Shown one piece after another: positions 26,501-31,309 of a stretch of DNA of 31,309 nucleotides. The stretch's first letter is position 1; each line of letters begins with the position of its first letter. The DNA is taken from NCBI GenBank assembly GCA_030049455.1, contig JASIKV010000159.1, positions 1 through 31,309 on the forward strand, given 5' to 3'. Origin of the DNA: Terriglobia bacterium (GTDB lineage Bacteria > Acidobacteriota > Terriglobia > UBA7540). A program made the position numbers and the translations under genes. Under the pieces are notes generated by a model. The model ran no database searches. It was not told the origin of the DNA and worked only from the letters and a program-made list of their open reading frames with translations.

Positions 26501-26729
26501 GGCCATAGTCAGTCGACTTCCAAACGCCGCCATTCACCTGCGCGATATAGAAGACGCTTGGCTGGCTGGGCACGCCCGTGGCCGCGCGCGTGCGGCCGCC
26601 GCGGAAGGGGCCGATCAGACGCCAGCGCATCTCCTGATAAAGAGTCGGCGAATATTTCTGCGCGCTGGCAAGGGCGGCAAACGCGCACATGGCAAGAATA
26701 CATGTTATGAGGTGACGGCGATTGTTCAT
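23538..26729 (-). CDS. Secreted BNR/Asp-box repeat beta-propeller protein (Vps10/sortilin-like, putative glycoside hydrolase)
   Basis: Signal peptide from ATG 26729 (RBS GGAGG), WRLIGPFRGGR start, eleven Asp-box-type (S/T-x-D-G-G-x-T-W-like) repeats, C-terminal Ig-like and helical regions. Confidence 0.9.
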   Translation of the reverse strand: MNNRRHLITCILAMCAFAALASAQKYSPTLYQEMRWRLIGPFRGGRTRAATGVPSQPSVFYIAQVNGGVWKSTDYGRTWNPIFDDQPTQSVGAIAVAPSDPNIVYVASGEGLQRPDLSVGDGIYKSTDAGKTWTHLGLRDGQQIPTLAIDPRDPNKVFAAVLGHPYGANEERGIFRSTDGGQTWQKVLYKDENTGGSDVEIDPSNPDVLYACLWRARQGPWEDGNSYGGAGGGIFKSTDGGTTWNKLSGGLPEDLVQAYVAIAPSNPQIVYSSLAVTRGTHIFRSDDGGEHWTQTTTDARPSVRIGGGDLAVPRVDPKNPDVIYTTSTVTWRSKDGGKTWTGIRGAPGGDDYQNMWINPNDPNTILLVSDQGAIVTVNGGETWSSWYNQPTAQFYHVITDNEFPYRVYGGQQESGSVGTSSRGNDGEITFRDWHPVGVIEYGYVAPDPLHPRYVYGAGRTEVSKFDWVTGQVQDVTPIMMRGGNYRTDRTEPVMFSPVDPHILYFAANELFQSNDGGVSWRTISPDLTREHPGIPASLGDLASKDRNAARVRGAIYALAPSFKNINTLWAGTDDGQIWITRDGGKNWSNITPPELIPWSKVTQISASHFDDSTAYASVSRFRIDDQHPFIYRTRDGGKTWQKIIDGLPDFGPVDTVREDPEVKGLLFAGTENAVWVSFDAGDHWQSLQLNLPHTSMRDLWIHNDDLLVGTHGRSFWVLDDITPLRQIASASGADVYLFKPASAYRVRRDTNTDTPLPPDEPAGQNPPDGAVIDYSLGAGVTGPVTFEILDSAGKKIRRFSSADKPPFTLESLRETLGVPTYWVRMPSMLSTEPGMHRFVWDLRETPPQSSGYNYPISAVPHDTPREPLGPNVLPGKYIVKLTADGKTLTAPLTVLMDPRVPTPAADLRQAHNFETRLAAMMNETFDAQAELKALDQQLDALSKQASGAVADAVNALRKKASALAGARGGGFFAPPSPEPSISRAAGEVGGLYTQVNHVDAAPTATQTAAFSAAQKDEADVIARWKAIKSTDIPALNKQLGGAGLSVIKIEVKPEPASESEDEE

Positions 26730-26810
26730 CTGAAGCCTCCGGTGAAGACTGCATAGCATAAACCCAATTCCCGCCTGCCGGAAAGAGAATCCATGGCGGG
26801 GGAGCGTCGA

Positions 26811-26919
26811 TTGTAGCGCGGATATCCCCGCCCGGGCCGCCACGTCCCAAGGGGAGAGTAGCGGGCATCGCATACCCGCCCATGGCATTCGGCCGCGGCT
26901 GGGGACAGCCGCGCTACAA
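26811..26919. repeat. Inverted REP doublet (REPIN-like) in the divergent BNR/dinG intergenic region
   Basis: 11-bp perfect terminal IR TTGTAGCGCGG/CCGCGCTACAA (19 bp with 2 mismatches). The right unit on the minus strand is GTAG-CGCGGCTG-TCCC-CAGCCGCG. Confidence 0.85.
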
Positions 26920-26958
26920 TTCGCAAGCGCCTTTCCCGAATCGCAATTCCTAGGCATA

Positions 26959-28914
26959 ATGGCAATGCCCTTCCCTATGGCCAACAGCAATCCGAAGACG
27001 GCGGAAAAGTTGACCCTCGACCAGGTATTCGCGCCCGGCGGATGGCTGGCGCGGCATCATCCAAAGTACGAGTTCCGGCCCGGCCAACTCGAAATGGCGG
27101 AGAGCGTGGCCGCGGCGCTGGAGAATCGCCAGCATCTGATTGTCGAAGCCGGCACGGGAACGGGAAAAACCCTGGCATACCTCGTTCCGCTGTTGCGCAG
27201 CGGACTGCGCACGGTCATTTCCACGGGTACGAAGAACCTTCAGGAGCAGCTCTTTTACAAAGACGTTCCCTTCCTCAAGAAAATGTTCCCGCAGATGCGC
27301 GTGACGCTGATGAAGGGGCGGCAGAACTATCTCTGTCGTCAGAAGCTCTACGACATTGAGAAGCAACCCGTCCTCGACGGCATGGGGCAGGTGGAGCAAT
27401 ACCCGAAATTGCGCGAGTGGGAGCAGCGCACAGAAACCGGCGACCGCGCCGAGCTGCGCTGGCTGCCCGACGCAAGCGAGCTCTGGAAGAAAGTCGATGC
27501 GCGAAGCGAAACCTGCACGGGACAGAAGTGCCGCGAATTTGAGCGCTGCTTTATCACCCAGATGCACCAGCGCGCAGCGGAGTCCGACTTGCTCATCGTG
27601 AACCACCACCTGTTTTTCGCCGATCTCGCGCTGCGACAGAGGGAATACGCCTCGCTACTGCCGGATTACGCCGCGCTGGTATTCGACGAAGCGCATGAGA
27701 TTGAAGACGTAGCAACGCAATACTTCGGCGTAGAAGTCAGCAACTACCGCGTGGAGGAGCTGGCGCGCGACACGGAAGCCACGCTGCGCATGAAAGGCAT
27801 CAGGAGCAACGAAATTCTGGGCGCGGTGGGCGAGCTGCGCCGCCGGGCCGATCTGTTTTTCGAACTTTTCCCTGCCCATGAAGGCCGATCAAACTTTGAC
27901 CATCGCGAGAGCTTTCTGGAGGTCCATCGCGGCGCGTATTCAGCCCTGACCAATGCCCTGATGCTTCTCCAGACCGAATTGAGCCGCCTGCCCGAGCGGC
28001 CGGAGGAAATCAACAATCTCGGACGGAGGGCCGTGGAGCTGCGCGCGGCTTTCGAACTGGTTATGGAAGGCCGGGAACCCAACATGGTTTACTGGTGGGA
28101 GCGGCGCGGGCGCGGAGTGTTTATCCAGGCCACGCCCATTGACGTTTCCGGGCTTCTGCGCGTGCGGCTGTTTGAAAAAGTTGAGACCGTGATCATGACC
28201 TCCGCGACCCTGGCCGTAAGCGGAAGCTTCGATTTCCTGAAGCGGCGCCTGGGCGTGCAAAACGCCAAGGAACGGATTCTTGAATCGCATTTCGATTTCG
28301 CCCATCAGGCCCTGCTCTACACGCCCGGGCACTTGCCCGATCCGCGCCAGCCGGACTTTGCGCACCTGGCGGCGGAAGAAATCGTGCACTTGCTGAAGGC
28401 CACGCATGGCCGGGCGTTCGTGCTTTTCACTTCCCACGCGCAGATGCGGGATGTTTACGAACGGCTGCGGCCGCACCTGCGTTTTCCCCTGATGATTCAG
28501 GGTTCGATGCCGCGCACGGAATTGCTGGATCGCTTCCGATCTACGCCGCACGCCGTGTTGTTCGGAACCAGCTCATTCTGGCAGGGCGTGGATGTGCAGG
28601 GCGAGCAACTGAGCGCCGTGGTGATCGATCGCCTGCCGTTTGCCGTCCCTACCGACCCGGTGACGGCTGCGCGCATCCGGCAAATCAACGAAGAGGGCGG
28701 CAACGCCTTCACCGATTACCAGGTGCCGCAGGCGGTCATCACCCTGAAGCAGGGTTTCGGCCGGCTGATTCGCAGCGAAACGGACCGCGGAATCCTCGCC
28801 ATGCTGGACCACCGGCTGGTGCGAATGCCTTACGGGCGCATTTTTCTCGAGAGCCTTCCGCCTTACCGCAAGACGAATCGGCTGGAAGACGTAAAGGCCT
28901 TCATGCGAGAATGA
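26959..28914 (+). CDS. ATP-dependent DNA helicase, DinG/YoaA family (Fe-S)
   Basis: FRPGQ Q-motif, VEAGTGTGKT, Fe-S cysteines YLC..TCTGQKCREFERC, DEAH, SATL, FWQGVD, QGFGRLIR. Start among ATG 26959, 26965, 26977. Confidence 0.96.
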   Translation: MAMPFPMANSNPKTAEKLTLDQVFAPGGWLARHHPKYEFRPGQLEMAESVAAALENRQHLIVEAGTGTGKTLAYLVPLLRSGLRTVISTGTKNLQEQLFYKDVPFLKKMFPQMRVTLMKGRQNYLCRQKLYDIEKQPVLDGMGQVEQYPKLREWEQRTETGDRAELRWLPDASELWKKVDARSETCTGQKCREFERCFITQMHQRAAESDLLIVNHHLFFADLALRQREYASLLPDYAALVFDEAHEIEDVATQYFGVEVSNYRVEELARDTEATLRMKGIRSNEILGAVGELRRRADLFFELFPAHEGRSNFDHRESFLEVHRGAYSALTNALMLLQTELSRLPERPEEINNLGRRAVELRAAFELVMEGREPNMVYWWERRGRGVFIQATPIDVSGLLRVRLFEKVETVIMTSATLAVSGSFDFLKRRLGVQNAKERILESHFDFAHQALLYTPGHLPDPRQPDFAHLAAEEIVHLLKATHGRAFVLFTSHAQMRDVYERLRPHLRFPLMIQGSMPRTELLDRFRSTPHAVLFGTSSFWQGVDVQGEQLSAVVIDRLPFAVPTDPVTAARIRQINEEGGNAFTDYQVPQAVITLKQGFGRLIRSETDRGILAMLDHRLVRMPYGRIFLESLPPYRKTNRLEDVKAFMRE

Positions 28915-28941
28915 AGATTCAGGGATGATTACGAGGTTTCC

Positions 28942-29313
28942 ATGTTCGAGGTTTCGGTAGAGTACACATTCGCGGCCGGCCACGCACTTCGCGGCTACAA
29001 GGGCAAGTGCGAAAACGTTCACGGCCACAATTACAAAGTCCAGTTGGCAATTGCCGGTGAGGAGCTTGATTCCGCCGGGCTGCTGATGGATTTCGTGGAG
29101 GTGCGAAAGAACATTAAAGGTCTGGTGGAGCGCCTGGACCATCGCTTTCTAAATGACCTGGCGCCGTTCGATAAGCTGAACCCCTCGGCGGAGAACATTG
29201 CCAAGTATTTCTGCGATGAGCTTCAGGCGCCGGTGGAGCAGCGGGGCTTGCGGGTGAGCGCGGTGACCATTTGGGAGACGGATACGACCTCAGCCACGTA
29301 TCGTCCGAAGTAG
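28942..29313 (+). CDS. queD: 6-carboxy-5,6,7,8-tetrahydropterin synthase
   Basis: FAAGH, KCENVHGHNY, MDF, LDHRFLND, PSAENIA, IWET; RBS GAGG. Confidence 0.95.
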   Translation: MFEVSVEYTFAAGHALRGYKGKCENVHGHNYKVQLAIAGEELDSAGLLMDFVEVRKNIKGLVERLDHRFLNDLAPFDKLNPSAENIAKYFCDELQAPVEQRGLRVSAVTIWETDTTSATYRPK

Positions 29314-29401
29314 CAAGGCGCGATTGGAAAGATAAGGAAGCTGGAAATTCGTTTGCAAGGCCTCCGCGCCCATCGAAATTCACCCTCGGGAACCGGTTTC
29401 C

Positions 29402-29647
29402 TTACCAGGTCCAGAAGGCGACGGCGGGATGCAATTCCGCCTGGTGTTTCTGGGCACAAACACCCTGCTTGCAAACGTAGGTGTCCTCGCACCAACGGCA
29501 GCGGGACAATTCGTCCTTCTCGCGGACCGTCCCGCAGACGGAGCAGGCCTCCAGAAGGTGAGCAACTACGTGCCTTGAGTAGCTACGCCAGGTTTCAAAT
29601 ACTTCCCGCTCTTCCCGGATTTTTTCAAGCTCTTCGTGGCTAAGCAT
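29402..29647 (-). CDS. Small Cys/His-rich putative zinc-finger protein (81 aa)
   Basis: Pattern C-x2-C-x11-C-x2-C-x5-C-x4-C-x3-H-x4-H; RBS GGGAG 6 nt before ATG 29647; sigma54 consensus just upstream; occupies an otherwise non-coding gap. Confidence 0.78.
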   Translation of the reverse strand: MLSHEELEKIREEREVFETWRSYSRHVVAHLLEACSVCGTVREKDELSRCRWCEDTYVCKQGVCAQKHQAELHPAVAFWTW

Positions 29648-29677
29648 TGTGTGCTCCCTTTCCACTACACCTTTCGA

Positions 29678-29693
29678 TGCAATCAGGGTGCCA
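29678..29693 (-). promoter_or_regulatory. Sigma54 (-24/-12) promoter for the small Zn-finger gene
   Basis: Minus strand TGGCACCCTGATTGCA equals TGGCAC-N5-TTGCA, matching the core consensus; predicted start about 20 nt before the ATG. Confidence 0.8.
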
Positions 29694-29941
29694 ATGTTTG
29701 TTCCCCTGCCATTGCCATCGACCAGGAAGAATCTCCCTTAAGCTCAGCAGGGTAGGACGAAGCAAGGAAAATGGGAATCCACCCGAGGTACTGTGACAGA
29801 AGTACCACTCTGACGCGTAAACCGCTTAGTTGGGGGGGAAGTACTTAATTGAGATTTGACGAAGGGTCCCAGTGCGAATCGGCTCTGCTAAAATGGAGTA
29901 AGATGCGATAGGGACTGGCACGCAGCAGGTCCCTCAAACGA

Positions 29942-30580
29942 ATGGTCATCACCGAAATCTTCAAGTCGATACAAGGCGAAAGCAACTTCGCGGGATTGCC
30001 CTGTGTCTTTATTCGCTTGACCGGCTGCAACCTTCGTTGCCACTGGTGCGACACAGCCTACGCATTCCATGGCGGACAGAAGATGACCGTAGGTGAAGTC
30101 ATGGCGCGGGTCCAACAACTGGGTGGCGAATTGGTGGAGCTGACGGGCGGCGAGCCGCTCCTTCAAGACGACGTCTATCCCCTGACCGACAATTTGCTGG
30201 CAGAGGGATTCAAAGTGCTGGTTGAAACGAGTGGCGAGCGCAATATCGGGCGCTTGCCGCGCGAAGTGGTAAAAGTCCTGGATGTAAAATGTCCCGGCAG
30301 CGGCGAGGGTGGGACTTTTTGTCTCGATAATTTGAACTCGATCGACCAGAAAGACCAAATCAAGTTTGTGATTGCCAACGAGAGTGATTTTCGCTTTGCG
30401 AGCGGCTTTATGGCCGAGCATGATTTGCGAAATCGCGTGCAGGAGATCATCCTTTCACCGGCCTTCGGCCAATTGCCGCCACGCCAGCTTGCCGATTGGA
30501 TTCTGCGCGACGGATTGAAGGTTCGCCTGGGCCTGCAGATTCACAAGTTCATTTGGGACCCGGAGGCCCGGGGAGTGTAA
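29942..30580 (+). CDS. queE: 7-carboxy-7-deazaguanine synthase (radical SAM)
   Basis: [30 protein letters not shown] (CxxxCxxC), [29 protein letters not shown]. Confidence 0.96.
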   Translation: MVITEIFKSIQGESNFAGLPCVFIRLTGCNLRCHWCDTAYAFHGGQKMTVGEVMARVQQLGGELVELTGGEPLLQDDVYPLTDNLLAEGFKVLVETSGERNIGRLPREVVKVLDVKCPGSGEGGTFCLDNLNSIDQKDQIKFVIANESDFRFASGFMAEHDLRNRVQEIILSPAFGQLPPRQLADWILRDGLKVRLGLQIHKFIWDPEARGV

Positions 30581-30582
30581 GC

Positions 30583-30654
30583 GTAGGGGCACCCCTTGCG
30601 GGTGCCCTTTCGGATGCGGCTGGAATGAAGGGCAGGGACAAGCCCTGCCCCTAC
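30583..30654. repeat. Inverted REP doublet (REPIN-like) between queE and queC
   Basis: GTAG-GGGCACCC-CTTGC-GGGTGCCC on the plus strand and GTAG-GGGCAGGG-CTTGT-CCCTGCCC on the minus strand; both have perfect 8-bp stems. Confidence 0.9.
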
Positions 30655-30677
30655 AATTCCTGATCGTTAAGAGTTTT

Positions 30678-31309
30678 ATGATGGAAAGCGCGATGGCAGC
30701 GAAGGACAACGGACAAAGGGCCAAGGACAAACCTTTGGCAATCATCCTCGCCAGCGGCGGAATGGATAGTTGCGTCACGACGGCGATCGCCAACATTGAC
30801 TATCGTCTCGCGATGCTGCATGTGGATTACGGACAGCGAACCCAGGCTCGCGAGCTTCGAGCCTTCAAAGCGCTTGCGGATTTCTACCACGCCGAGCAGC
30901 GCATGGTCTGCCGGCTCGATCACCTGAAGCAGATTGGCGGGTCAAGTCTGACCGATTCCCGAATTCTAGTGGAGTCAGCGAATCTGGAACGGCTGGAAAT
31001 TCCCTCCAGCTATGTGCCGTTCCGCAATGCGCATTTCATTTCCATCGCAGTTTCATGGGGAGAAGTCCTGGGGGCGCAAAAAATTTTTGTGGGGGCCGTG
31101 GCGGAAGACAGTTCCGGCTATCCCGATTGCCGCCCGGATTACTATGACGCGTTCAATCGCCTCATCCTCGCGGGAACCAAACCGGAGACACATCTAGAAA
31201 TCCTGACACCGGTCATTCATTTGCAGAAAAGTGAGATCGTGCGGCGCGGCTGTGAATTGAACGCACCCTTCCACCTGACCTGGTCGTGTTACCAGTTTGA
31301 GGATGCTGC
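30678..31309 (+). CDS. queC: 7-cyano-7-deazaguanine synthase, truncated by the window end
   Basis: Not in the ORF track (no stop). Manual translation gives [43 protein letters not shown]. Start uncertain (ATG 30678, 30681, 30693 or TTG 30735). Confidence 0.95.
   Translation, partial: MMESAMAAKDNGQRAKDKPLAIILASGGMDSCVTTAIANIDYRLAMLHVDYGQRTQARELRAFKALADFYHAEQRMVCRLDHLKQIGGSSLTDSRILVESANLERLEIPSSYVPFRNAHFISIAVSWGEVLGAQKIFVGAVAEDSSGYPDCRPDYYDAFNRLILAGTKPETHLEILTPVIHLQKSEIVRRGCELNAPFHLTWSCYQFEDA

Noticed and set aside
29694-29941. preQ1 riboswitch upstream of queE, or before queD/queC
   Set aside because: No AGAGGTTCTAG-type stem-loop with an A-rich tail was found. Only a short AGGGAC/GTCCCT hairpin precedes queE, which is insufficient.
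26959-31309. A complete dpd-type DNA-modification or defence island
   Set aside because: No dpdA/tgt paralogue, dpdB, nuclease or mobility gene; base composition looks like the rest of the window; queDEC is ordinary queuosine-precursor synthesis.

Overview
A GC-rich bacterial chromosomal segment; gene content and protein style suggest Acidobacteriota (inference). No tRNA, rRNA, CRISPR array, transposase or integrase was seen. From left to right: (1) a truncated secreted-protein gene and an SDR on the minus strand; (2) a 12-gene flagellar export/switch operon (fliL, stand-alone fliN-like, fliO, fliP, fliQ, fliR, flhB, flhA, fliA, fliM, fliN/fliY-like, and an ATPase-less Zn-finger/MshEN-like protein) behind a candidate sigma54 promoter; (3) a secreted sulfatase-like/CBM-like/DUF1080 three-domain fusion and a convergent M13 peptidase; (4) housekeeping genes: family-5 UDG, EVE, thioredoxin, a membrane-anchored coiled-coil unknown, ispF, ispD, PIN/TRAM, der, a BNR-repeat protein, a DinG/YoaA helicase, and queD, queE, queC (partial). 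A small 8-ligand Zn-finger gene with a near-consensus sigma54 promoter sits antisense between queD and queE. Seven GTAG-tagged REP-like palindromic elements of several sequence types and one inverted heptamer array occupy intergenic gaps; five of these eight elements lie at flagellar gene junctions. Best candidates for undescribed biology are the flagellar MshEN-like putative c-di-GMP receptor, the sigma54-driven Zn-finger miniprotein and the sulfatase-DUF1080 fusion. All family assignments come from motif recognition by eye; no database search was run.
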